Shown here: positions 20,323 through 29,933 of the stretch, piece by piece | Position numbering within the stretch: position 1 is the first letter of the stretch | How the letters are laid out: each line of letters starts with the position of its first letter | Assembly (NCBI GenBank): GCA_965214835.1 | Contig: CBDCCK010000002.1 | Span: 1,312,001-1,376,000 of the forward strand | DNA from: Nitrosopumilaceae archaeon | GTDB lineage: Archaea > Thermoproteota > Nitrososphaeria > Nitrososphaerales > Nitrosopumilaceae | Length of the DNA stretch: 64,000 nucleotides | Direction: 5' to 3' | Notes under the pieces: model-generated | What the model was told of the DNA's origin: nothing | Database searches by the model: none | Seen by the model: only the letters and a program-made list of their open reading frames with translations | Position numbers and translations under genes: made by a program

Positions 20323-21783
20323 ATGTATCGTTCCCGTCTTGGCGGCGACCTGGGTGATATAACCCTGGATTACGTCTCCTCTGTATCAGACGATGCCGAG
20401 ATTGCAGGCTATGACATCATCGGAAGCCAGGCCCATGTCATCATGCTGCATGACTGCGGCATCATATCGGGGCCAGAGGCAAAGAAAATCCTCGCGGCAC
20501 TAGAGGAGCTAAAGGGGGAGAAATTCGATAGGGGGCACGGCTCTGAGGATATCCACGAGCTGATCGAGGCACTGGTCATCAAAAAGGCGGGGCCTGCAAG
20601 CGGCGGCAAGATGCATACCGCACGATCCCGGAACGACCAGGTGGCACTTGACATCCGCATGAAGATCCGCGACGACATCAATGTCCTGTGTGGCTGCCTG
20701 CTTGATGCTGCAGAGGCGCTGGTATCGGTGGCGCAAAAGCACCAGAAAACCGTCATGCCGCTGTACACCCACCTGCAGCAGGCCCAGGCAGGCACGTTTT
20801 CCCACTATCTGCTTGCACACGCCGACGCGCTGCTCCGCGACCTTGGAAGGTTCTCTGACAGCTATGCCCGCCTCAACCAGAGTCCACTTGGGGCGGGGCC
20901 CGTGGGAGGCACCAGCATTCCCATTGACAGGGACAGCACGTCCCGGATGCTGGGCTTTGACGGCATAGTCGAGAACTCCATTGATGCCACTAGCACCAGG
21001 GACTTTGTCGCCGAGTACGTGGCAAACGCGGCAATCATGATGACCAACCTCAGCAGGCTGGCAGAGGACTTTGTCATCTGGTCTTCTGCGGAGTTCTCCT
21101 TTGTCGAGCTGTCCGACGAGTTTGCCTCCCCCTCCAGCGTCATGCCGCACAAGAAAAACCCAGACATTTTGGAGCTGACGCGTGGAAAGGCTGCGGGCGT
21201 CATTGGCAGCCTAGTGGGCGTTCTGTCTGCCGTCAAGGGGCTGGCCACCGGCTACGGGCGTGACCTGCAGCAGATAAAGCCGTCAATCTGGTCCACGTCA
21301 AAGACCTCGGTTGCGGCCCTGCTTGTAGTCAGGTCGATGCTCCTTACGCTGTCCGTCAACGAAAGGAGGATGAAAAAGGCAGCAGATGGCAGCTATCTGA
21401 TCTCCCTAGATGTTGCAGAAAGGCTGGTCCAGAACCGGGTTCCCTTCAGAACCGCGCACAGGATAGCAGGACAGCTCGTTCAAAAGGCGCATCTTGGAGG
21501 CAAGCAGCTGTCAAGGCTCGCGCCGGGGGAGATCAGAGCCTGTGTCAGGGATACTGGCGTAAAATCAAAGCTGGTATCTGAAATAGTCCGGTCTACCACC
21601 ACATCCTCGTCACTGCGCGGGCGCGTATCCCGCGGTTCGTCTGGATACGCAGAGCAAAGGCGCATGATTGCACAGCGCGTAAAAAAAATCGACCAATGCC
21701 GGGCACAGACTGCCAAGCGAGACGACGACGTCGGTGCTGCCATCAAGCGGCTGCAGCAGAGAGTCTCAGAGCTTGTCAAATAG
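20323..21783 (+). CDS. argH: Argininosuccinate lyase
   Basis: HTARSRNDQV, YTHLQQAQ, SSVMPHKKNPD. Confidence 0.95.
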   Translation: MYRSRLGGDLGDITLDYVSSVSDDAEIAGYDIIGSQAHVIMLHDCGIISGPEAKKILAALEELKGEKFDRGHGSEDIHELIEALVIKKAGPASGGKMHTARSRNDQVALDIRMKIRDDINVLCGCLLDAAEALVSVAQKHQKTVMPLYTHLQQAQAGTFSHYLLAHADALLRDLGRFSDSYARLNQSPLGAGPVGGTSIPIDRDSTSRMLGFDGIVENSIDATSTRDFVAEYVANAAIMMTNLSRLAEDFVIWSSAEFSFVELSDEFASPSSVMPHKKNPDILELTRGKAAGVIGSLVGVLSAVKGLATGYGRDLQQIKPSIWSTSKTSVAALLVVRSMLLTLSVNERRMKKAADGSYLISLDVAERLVQNRVPFRTAHRIAGQLVQKAHLGGKQLSRLAPGEIRACVRDTGVKSKLVSEIVRSTTTSSSLRGRVSRGSSGYAEQRRMIAQRVKKIDQCRAQTAKRDDDVGAAIKRLQQRVSELVK

Positions 21784-22417
21784 GATCGCCAAAAAGACCG
21801 ATGATAACAAGCGGCCGGCATGACCCGTGCGAGCCGGCGCCGAGCCCGCCCGTTTCTGAACCATGTCTTCCTGCCTGGGACGGGGGGGGGGGGATCATGG
21901 CCCGTCACCACGGGCTATGGCAGGGGGATCTTGAGGAAATATCCGGGATTTCTCCGATAGTTGGGGCCATCAGTAAGCATGACAAAAGTCCGATCAGGAT
22001 ATTTTGTTCGGAGATTTCGCTTACGATCAGCGAAATGCTTGACAAGTTCATTAAATGCCAATACCGGACATTGCCTGTGAGCATAACATGGCAACAGCTG
22101 GCGATACTGGACTGTTGTGTTTGTTTATACACGGAGGCGGGGATCATCAGGTTAGGGGAGGAGCCAACCTGCAAAAGATGGCGTATTTTTGCCGGTGCCT
22201 GAACCGGGACATCAGCTACTGCCGACTCTTGTCACGGGCCGCTCTCCGTTGTGCTCACAGGAAGACGGCAGAATCTGCCGGGCTGGCTGAGCAAGACGGC
22301 TGCACCTGGCATACCTTTGGTCTCGCCGGACAGGGAACCGTGTTTTAGGGAAACTTGAAAAAACGCATGCGACAGGGCAGGCATCATCGCGTCAGGCCGC
22401 CGGCCGGATCCGCAATC

Positions 22418-23740
22418 CTAGAACCTTACCAGCTTCTCCAAGTTCTCCTTTGATCCTATGTCTCGCCTGTACTCCAAGTCGCCTGTTGTGTAGTTGTCTA
22501 TTGCAAAATTGACTGCCTCAGAGGCAGACTCGATTGTATCTGAAACGGCCCCAAAGGCTGCAACGCGTGAGTTTTTCACCGTCATGAAGCGATTGTGCCC
22601 CGTCTTGACGCACGAGGCGTAAAGCACGCGAACGCCACTCTTTGATACCTCACTCTCATCAATGCTAAAAGGGCGGGGCGTGGTATCGGGGCCGGGATAA
22701 GACGGCGTGACCAGGTATTTGACCACACTTGCCTTTTCAATGAACCTTGTGCCGGATTCTGACAGCGTCTTGTCCCAGATGTGTATGAGCAGCTCAGAAA
22801 ACGAGCCCTGGAGAACACTTAGAACGTTGATCCCCTCCGGATCGCCGAATCTCCCATTGAACTCCATGAATCTTATCCCGTGCTTGGTCTTGAAAAATCC
22901 GCCATTGAGGACTCCGTTGAACTTGAGTCCCATGCTCCGGATCTCGTCGATTATCCTCTGCATTATGTGCCGGCAGTCATCCAGGTCGTCGTCGGTCATG
23001 AATGGGAGCTTTTTTTCCGAGTTCGTAAAACAGCCCATGCCGCCGGTTCCGGCCCCCCGGTCACCCTCAAGCCTGAACGGATAGTCATAGCTTGCAGGAG
23101 CGAGCACGAGTTTTTCCCCGTCGGTTATGCCCATTATTGTAAACTCTATCCCATGGAGCTTTTCCACCAACAGAACCTGCTGGCCGTCGTGCAGTAGTGA
23201 TCCGGCATAATCAATGCAGTCCTGATAGGACTGCAGGTGCTCGGGCATGACCTTCACGCCTTTTCCTCCCGTCAGTCCCTGTGGCTTGACTGCCATCTCC
23301 AGGTTCTGCGACGCAAACGAGTCAACTGCGTCCCTTAGTTCGACTGCATCTGAAACCACAATAAAAAACGGCGTAAACTTGGGGCATGTTTTCTTCACCA
23401 TCTCGATTGAATACACCTTGTCCCATTCTATTCTAGACGCCTCCCTTGTTCCGCCGATGACCTTGATGTTGTTTTCCAACAGCATGTCAACGACGCCGTT
23501 TGCCAGAGGCTCATCGGCACTGACAAAAACATAATCAACCTCATGCGCCCTGGCAAAGTCCAGAACCGTCTCGGGATTGCTTGCATCCCCAATGGCGTAG
23601 CTGCCACCTGACGTTTTGACATAATGCACGATGGACGGGTTTTCATGGGACATCACCGCATAGACGCCCACATCCTTGGCCAGCTGTTCGGCAAAGGCGC
23701 TCTCACGTCCGCCACTGCCTACAATGAGAAATTTTTTCAT
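22418..23740 (-). CDS. purD: Phosphoribosylamine-glycine ligase-like ATP-grasp protein
   Basis: GSGGRE, KPQGLTGGKGV, GAGTGGMG, EFNGRFGDPE, YRRDIG; some motifs divergent. Confidence 0.85.
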   Translation of the reverse strand: MKKFLIVGSGGRESAFAEQLAKDVGVYAVMSHENPSIVHYVKTSGGSYAIGDASNPETVLDFARAHEVDYVFVSADEPLANGVVDMLLENNIKVIGGTREASRIEWDKVYSIEMVKKTCPKFTPFFIVVSDAVELRDAVDSFASQNLEMAVKPQGLTGGKGVKVMPEHLQSYQDCIDYAGSLLHDGQQVLLVEKLHGIEFTIMGITDGEKLVLAPASYDYPFRLEGDRGAGTGGMGCFTNSEKKLPFMTDDDLDDCRHIMQRIIDEIRSMGLKFNGVLNGGFFKTKHGIRFMEFNGRFGDPEGINVLSVLQGSFSELLIHIWDKTLSESGTRFIEKASVVKYLVTPSYPGPDTTPRPFSIDESEVSKSGVRVLYASCVKTGHNRFMTVKNSRVAAFGAVSDTIESASEAVNFAIDNYTTGDLEYRRDIGSKENLEKLVRF

Positions 23741-23919
23741 CCTCTGTACCGTTTTGGGATCCGGGGGTATTTTTTTGTGTCGCATTTGACGATGTGAGAA
23801 AACGGGCGTGAAAACCCCCATTGCCGGACTATGATTTGCTTGCTGATTTTTTGTGAGGGAACCAGGACAACTTTACGGGAGGCCACGTCCCCATAGTACG
23901 TACGGTTGAAACAAACATT

Positions 23920-24011
23920 GTACGAGGTCACCTACCCCTACAAATCAGGCACGAATTGGCATGTACGGCCGTGGCTTTCGTGCATGCCGGCGGGGGGACG
24001 TGACCTCGTAC
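23920..24011. mobile_element. MITE family A (no TSD) abutting a truncated IS5 transposase
   Basis: Both TIRs present; flanks caaacatt and agaagaag differ. Confidence 0.85.
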
Positions 24012-24701
24012 AGAAGAAGGACTTTGCGCGCAACACCCCAGGTGATTGCCGACAAGAAGGGACTGGCGATGTATGCAAGCAAGTCGGCGCCCGGAAGCAC
24101 GCACGACCTCACCATGATAAAGAACAACCCACCGGATCTGGGAATCCTGACTGCCAGGATGCGCAGCAACAGAAAGCACCCCGAGGACGAGAAGGCAAAG
24201 CTGTTCTCTGACCTAGGATACGTGGGAATCAAGAATCTGTGCCCAGGGGCCACATCCGTGCAGCCCGACAAGAAGCCAAGGAAAGGCAAGCTTACAAAGA
24301 AACAGAAAGCGCAGAACAGGAGGATAAGCAGCAAGAGGGTGACAGTAGAGCACGCCATAGGACGGATAAAGCAGTACAAGCGGATGCGTGATCCGTACGA
24401 CGGGACCGCCGAGGAGTTCGACAGGGAGTTCCAGGTGACGGCCGGGCTTGCCAACTTTAGGCTGCTGTGGGACAAGCGGAACAAGAAGCTCATGCATGGG
24501 TTCTGATACCACGATACGGAGCGCATTGCGGCGCCACACGATGCCGCACTATACTGTAGTTTTTACCAGCTGTAATGGCTCGTAGCTGCACTATATACGG
24601 ACTCTGCCGCCCTCATACACGTCATGTGATGCCGTCAGCCTTGCATGTATGGCCGGCCACCGTCGGAATATTTCGATCCGGTCGATTACGCATAAGGTCT
24701 A
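24012..24701 (+). mobile_element. IS5-family (ISL2-group, DDE_Tnp_4) 3' remnant: transposase fragment to 24506 plus a terminal IR at 24683-24701
   Basis: GSTHD, SDLGYVG, KKPRKGKLT...NRRISSKRVTVEHAIGRIK; downstream cgattacgcataaggtcta matches the family-B TIR. Confidence 0.8.
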
Positions 24702-24834
24702 GTTCTTTCCAGATGGAATTGTGGAAAAGCTTGAAGGCGAGGTGGAAGATGGATTAACAAGATTGCAAGATGAGGAGCTGCCTGCAATGGATCAAATGAT
24801 AGCAGATCTGAGAAAGTCATTACAAAAAGTACTA

Positions 24835-24912
24835 TAGACTTTGCGTCATCGGTGCAGATCAAAAAAATCAGGCGGTTTTTACGCCATTTTTGGAAAATAC
24901 GCACAAGGTTCA
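24835..24912. mobile_element. MITE family B subtype 2 (degenerate)
   Basis: Reverse-complement homologue of 9390-9469. Confidence 0.7.
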
Positions 24913-25022
24913 ACGAGCCTGATTACAATCACTGTTTTTCTAGATTTCACGGAGGGTTTTTTTTGCAAGCTCGAAAACTATGCAGAATTGTGAATTCATA
25001 GCTGCTTGTTTTTTCTGCCTGA

Positions 25023-25178
25023 GAGATGATCCGAAATTAGAAGCCGTAAATGCCCGGATTTTTCCGTACGTTTTCCAAGTGGTTTTACATGCAGATAACC
25101 TGCACTTGTAAGCATTTTAGCCGATTTAATGTAGTTTGTTTATGCATGATTCAAATTTTGCTAATTTCGGATCACTTC
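25023..25178. mobile_element. MITE-like element, family E
   Basis: TIRs gagatgatccgaaattag / ctaatttcggatcacttc; inverted homologue at 26160-26294. Confidence 0.75.
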
Positions 25179-25598
25179 TATGAGAACAATGCTTACACGC
25201 TGGTAGATATCATCGCGTGGACAAGCAACAGGGGAATAGAACCAAAAAACGTAATCCAGATCGATGTCGCCAATACGATTGAAAATATCCTAAGAAACGA
25301 CTTTTCTAGGCAATGAGAGGAGCGCCCATGTCCACATCAACCCTGATCCCTAGCAACCCTGCTAGTATCAGGGATTCAGGCATGGACAGATCCTACAATT
25401 TACTACAAAATAGTAGAATAAAAAACAATAGGATGCGCCTTGAACAAATGATGTGCCAAGCACTCAAACAGTCAAATTGCACAACAACACGATTGTGAAT
25501 ATTGCAAAGGCGATTCCTCGGACCGTCATATCCAACACTCGATGTCATCTACTCTTTTCCCGCCTATTTCATTCTTGGTAAAAACCCATAGTGGAAGG

Positions 25599-25673
25599 CG
25601 GGTCTAGTGGGATTCGAACCCACGACAGCTGGCTTAAAAGGCCAGTGCGCTAGCCTGGCTGCGCTATAGACCC
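25599..25673 (-). tRNA. tRNA-Lys(TTT)
   Basis: Cloverleaf GGGTCTA/TAGACCC, anticodon arm ctggc-CTTTTAA-gccag, GGTTCGAATCC. Confidence 0.95.
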
Positions 25674-25903
25674 CGTAAACAACCACCCCCTTATGCGTAT
25701 AATTAGTCTTTTACAGAAATACGATCGGCGCCGCCTGTGCCACCTCGCCAGACGTGCACCTATACTATGATCACTCCGCCGGCGACCGGCCACTGCAGGG
25801 CCCCTCGCGCATACAGCCCCTGTCTTTGCGTTCAGGCGTGGCCATGTAATATATCAACCCCTTAGGAAACTTTTAAACACTCGACCCTAGTTTTAGGTTT
25901 CGT

Positions 25904-25981
25904 GCCCTTGTAGTATAGCCCGGTCTAGAATTCGGCCCTGTCACGGCTGAGACGCGTGTTCAAATCCCGCCGAGGGCGCCA
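25904..25981 (+). tRNA. tRNA-Asp(GTC) with encoded CCA
   Basis: GCCCTTG/CGAGGGC acceptor stem, loop CTGTCAC, GTTCAAATC. Confidence 0.93.
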
Positions 25982-26159
25982 TTCCTCTTTATTCAAATCC
26001 CTGCAAGGGATCTCCTCATGTCCGTCCCCGCTGGTCATTGTCTCCTAGGGCAGCCTCAAGATCCCCGGTTATCACGTACGAGCCTTCCATAGATCTTGCT
26101 CTGAGGACTCGTCTGGATCCTGAGATTGATTTGACGACTTTGACGACTTTGACGCCTGA

Positions 26160-26294
26160 GAGTTGATTCGAAATTAGCAGATCCTGATTATTTGTGAACG
26201 AATCTGCATAAAACGGTTCAAAATACCAACAAAATGCAAACTATCTGTGAAATTACTTGAAAAATTCATACGGCTTCTAATTTCGGATCATCTC
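26160..26294. mobile_element. MITE-like element, family E
   Basis: gagttgattcgaaattag ... ctaatttcggatcatctc. Confidence 0.75.
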
Positions 26295-26299
26295 CCAGG

Positions 26300-27169
26300 A
26301 GGGAAAAAACCAAGAAAAGGATCCGCACCTTTGCCGATTACATAAAGCCAGAAAACTTGGAAATTCTGGGAATCGTCTCATACAAGCCATCATACACGCT
26401 AAATAACGAGGCACCATTCGAAGACCAAATGGCCAGATACCTGATGAAAAAGTGGAAAGTCATACAGGAAGGCGGCTATGAGGGAGCGGTTTTCCTGTTA
26501 GACGAGTTTCATACGATCAAGAATGTAAAACAGAACAACTGGCACATGCTTACCGATTTTACCGGGGCGATAAACGACGTACAAACCAGGGGTTGCCGAT
26601 ATTCGCTTGTTTTATGCGGACTTCCAATTCTGCCAGAAAACGTCAAGATAGCACGCTCTTATTCGGAGAGGATGTTTGCATCTGTGCCAATAACCAGTCT
26701 AGATACTGCAAGTGCCAGGAAGGTCATCTCAGGGCCACTCATCGATACCGACTGGAAATTCTCTGATGAACTAGTGGACTCGATCGTACGAGACACGGAC
26801 GGATACCCGTATTTTATCCAGTTCTTCTGTAGCGAGATTATAAATCGCATAAACAGGGAAGAGATTGATGTTGGCTACGAGCAGGTTTAAAATTCAATAA
26901 AAGACAGTCTGTGGCTTGATTTTTTTGATTATCGTATGAAAGCGTTAAGCAGTGGACAGAGGCAAATTTTATACTCAATGGCTTCCATACCGAAGGGAAA
27001 AATTACCTTCTCATCTATCTACAACCTGGTGAATATGAGCAAGGGAACATTCTCAAAACATCTAAAACGCCTTGAGGAAAAGGGCCTCATCTATCGGCCC
27101 GAACGTGGAATATACCAACTCCTGCTGCCGATGCTACGAGAGTGCCTTCTGAGACGAGACCCAAATTAA
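26300..27169 (+). pseudogene. AAA/STAND-type ATPase with C-terminal winged HTH; 5'-truncated with an in-frame TAA at 26888
   Basis: Walker B VFLLDEFH and TDGYPYFIQ present, Walker A absent; ORFs 26357..26890 and 26936..27169 share a frame. Confidence 0.85.
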
Positions 27170-27393
27170 ATATCCGAATTCATAAAAGTAACCTAGAAGC
27201 AACTCAAATCGGCAAAGTCGGCAAAGCGTGGTTTCAGATACTTAAACATGATCTCAAAGATTCTTAGACCGGGATTGTCGCCTAATTCATCAGAATTTCT
27301 GAAAACCATCGAGTTGCCATATGGATCAGGCGTGCAAAAGGGCGGAAATTCAGAAAAACGTGCAGATTGAGCCAAACAAGTGGAATTGGGCGG

Positions 27394-27485
27394 GTACGAG
27401 GTCACCTACCCCCACCAGTCAGGCACGAATTAGCATGAATGATTGTGATCTTCACGCCTAGCTAGCAAGGGACGTGACCACATAC
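27394..27485. mobile_element. MITE family A, 8-bp TSD TTGGGCGG
   Basis: TSD at 27386-27393 and 27486-27493. Confidence 0.9.
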
Positions 27486-27601
27486 TTGGGCGGCATCCCA
27501 CCCCTTTGATACCGTGCGCTTGCCATATATCAGAACGTCCATAATCATGGATGTTATAATATATATTAAAATAGGATAAAAAGTGAATATTATAATACAA
27601 A

Positions 27602-28258
27602 TTGAAATCCACCACGCTGTTTCAAAAACTGCAAATAGACAAAAAGGAGCTCGTCACGTCCGCGGAGCTAAAACAATACTGCAAAAAGGGGGGCTTTGAC
27701 TATGATCTGGCGATTAAAAGCCTGGTGAGGGGCAGGCGCCTAGTGAGGGTTTTTCGCGGAATATACTATGTAAGGGCGCCAGACGAGATTGTTTTGGGAA
27801 AAAGCAGGTACAGTCATCTTGAGCTGGTGGCAAGGGGACTGGATCTGAAGAATGTGGAAAACTGGTATTATGGCCTTTATACTGCGCTCAAGCTCAACAA
27901 TATGACACACGAGACATTTGTAGTCAGCGACGTCATAAACGACTCGATATTCCGGCAGAACCCCATGAAAATAGGCGATCACAGGTTCAAATTCACAAAA
28001 ATTTCAAAAAAACTAACAGGTTTTGGAATAAGAAGGGGAGGGGGAGGAAAAATCAGGTATTCGGATCCGGAGAAAACAATCCTTGACTTTATCTATCTGT
28101 GGCGGCAGAACGGAAGATCAAGCAAAAGAATAGTGTCCGACGTGATTGACTGGAGTCAAAAAATCTCAGAAAAAAGAATGAAAAAATACTTGAAAAATTA
28201 CCCGAAAACAACGAAGGAAACAGCATGTGAGGTACTGCATGAGAGAGAATCTGATTGA
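27602..28258 (+). CDS. AbiEi-like type IV TA antitoxin / transcriptional regulator
   Basis: RLVRVFRGIYY, YYGLYTAL, YSDPEKTILDFIY; overlaps the downstream AbiEii gene. Confidence 0.85.
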   Translation: MKSTTLFQKLQIDKKELVTSAELKQYCKKGGFDYDLAIKSLVRGRRLVRVFRGIYYVRAPDEIVLGKSRYSHLELVARGLDLKNVENWYYGLYTALKLNNMTHETFVVSDVINDSIFRQNPMKIGDHRFKFTKISKKLTGFGIRRGGGGKIRYSDPEKTILDFIYLWRQNGRSSKRIVSDVIDWSQKISEKRMKKYLKNYPKTTKETACEVLHERESD

Positions 28259-29171
28259 CGCGGTAGCCGACAGGCTTGGCGTTCCTCAAAAGGAGCTGCT
28301 AGAAAAGGACATGATCCTGCATGAAATTTTGTACAGACTTTGTGATGACGAGTATTTTCTGGAAAACTATGTCTTCAAGGGCGGAACGTGCCTTGTAAAG
28401 TCATACATTGGATACCACAGGTTTTCTGAGGATCTAGACTTTACGTGGAGGGATCAGCCCGCATTTGAGGGAAAATCCCGCAAAGAAATTTACAATAGGG
28501 CGTCTTCTGAGGCCGGCAAACTGGGTGGGATGCTTGAAAAAATCGCGGATGAGTTCGACTTGGAATTCAAAAACGACCAAAAGGACACCGGTTACTTTCA
28601 GTTCGGAGGGGGAGGAAAAATGCTCACGGTTTTTGTGTGGTATCGGTCAGAAATTGAGAGCAGGCGCTCCATGATTAAAATCCAGGTAAATTTTCTAGAA
28701 AAAATCCATTATGGCACTGAGAGGCGAAAATTATCCGGCATGATAAGCGGAGACGAGAGCCTGAAACTTGTCTTTGGCAACCACCCGTATCTTGAGGAGA
28801 TACAGTGCTTGGCATACAGACCGGAGGAGATACTGTGTGAGAAAATCCGGGCTATAATGACCAGACGTGGAATAAAGGCGAGGGATTTTCTTGACATCTT
28901 CCTAATCTGTGAGAAGATTGGAATAAGATTACCCGATGTTGCAGAAAATGCGGTTTCCAAGATAAACTACTCTGCAAAGATGAACAAGAAGCATCGCAAC
29001 AACTTGGAAGGTAAAGCAGAGTCACTGAAATCCGGCGAATTGTTTGCGTGGGAGGATGAAGAAAACCGCCTACTGCTTGCAGATATTGACAAGGAAGGAT
29101 TCATGGCGTTCAAGGGTGAGTTGGAGGCGTTTTTACAGGAATCAATCGTGCCTAATTTGAAAAGAGACTGA
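28239..29171 (+). CDS. AbiEii nucleotidyltransferase (type IV TA toxin)
   Basis: LEKD, FKGGTCL, RFSEDLDF, EKIRA, ARDFLD. Confidence 0.92.
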   Translation: MRENLIDAVADRLGVPQKELLEKDMILHEILYRLCDDEYFLENYVFKGGTCLVKSYIGYHRFSEDLDFTWRDQPAFEGKSRKEIYNRASSEAGKLGGMLEKIADEFDLEFKNDQKDTGYFQFGGGGKMLTVFVWYRSEIESRRSMIKIQVNFLEKIHYGTERRKLSGMISGDESLKLVFGNHPYLEEIQCLAYRPEEILCEKIRAIMTRRGIKARDFLDIFLICEKIGIRLPDVAENAVSKINYSAKMNKKHRNNLEGKAESLKSGELFAWEDEENRLLLADIDKEGFMAFKGELEAFLQESIVPNLKRD

Positions 29172-29229
29172 ATGTCGATTGCGCAGGACATGCGGTTGGC
29201 AGACGCCGAGTACAGCGTGGTTATGAACT

Positions 29230-29305
29230 CCTATCAATCAGGCATGAATTGGCATGTATGGTTATGATTTTCACGCCTGGCCAACAGGGGGACGTGACCA
29301 CATAC
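29230..29305. mobile_element. MITE family A, partial copy
   Basis: Internal sequence and right TIR gggggacgtgaccacatac. Confidence 0.75.
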
Positions 29306-29730
29306 ACGTTTTGCACCCTGCGGCGCGACAGGCCGTGCCGGCACATCAGTCTTCGGACATGTTCTGTGCCGTATTCTATCCCGGTGGCATCCCTTATGTC
29401 GTCGCGCACCGTCGTGACATCGATCCGCTGCGTGTAGTGGACAGGTTCATTATGGCGGCAATCCTTTTTCCGTCCGCCTCGCCTGCATCCGGAACGGAGG
29501 ATCCCGGAGGCCGTTCATGCCGTCCTCTAAAAACCTCGCCGGCCGGTTGCGCACGGAATTCTCACTGCACCGGACCACCTTCTTGCAGCCTCGGGCACGC
29601 CTGCATCGTCCTCTGGTACAAACATCAACGCCATGATCTTTTTGTAGACTTGGCATCCTTTTCTTTGCGCATGGCCTCTGACAGGCCGTCTGTTTCTCTT
29701 GCCATGCCCACTATCCCGGTTACGTGATCA
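29306..29730 (-). pseudogene. IS630-family transposase N-terminal (HTH) remnant
   Basis: RDDIRDATGIEYGTEHVRRLMCRHGLS is a winged HTH typical of IS630; frameshifted. Confidence 0.7.
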
Positions 29731-29933
29731 TCATACCTTTCGAATGAACCCTGTTTTGACTCGAAGACTTCTGCTCGTTGCTATATGTCATATGTTCAAC
29801 AGACTAAACGCAACAGAATGCTTAACTTTAATAAATGTGATTTTTTTCATAACTCATGCCTGCTTGTGCCAGAACTGTTTTCGCAATGAATTTTCTTTGT
29901 GATAATCTAACAGAGCCATTCAGAAAAGACCAA

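Noticed and set aside
21882-21893. G12 tract as a phase-variation switch
   Set aside because: It lies in degenerate intergenic DNA downstream of argH with no credible gene or promoter to control.
25950-25970. tRNA-Asp as a pseudo-tRNA because of a T-stem mismatch
   Set aside because: Only one mismatch; the other arms, CCA end and upstream TATA-like box are intact.
26888-26890. Programmed readthrough in the AAA ATPase
   Set aside because: The stop is TAA and the gene also lacks its Walker A region; simple pseudogene.
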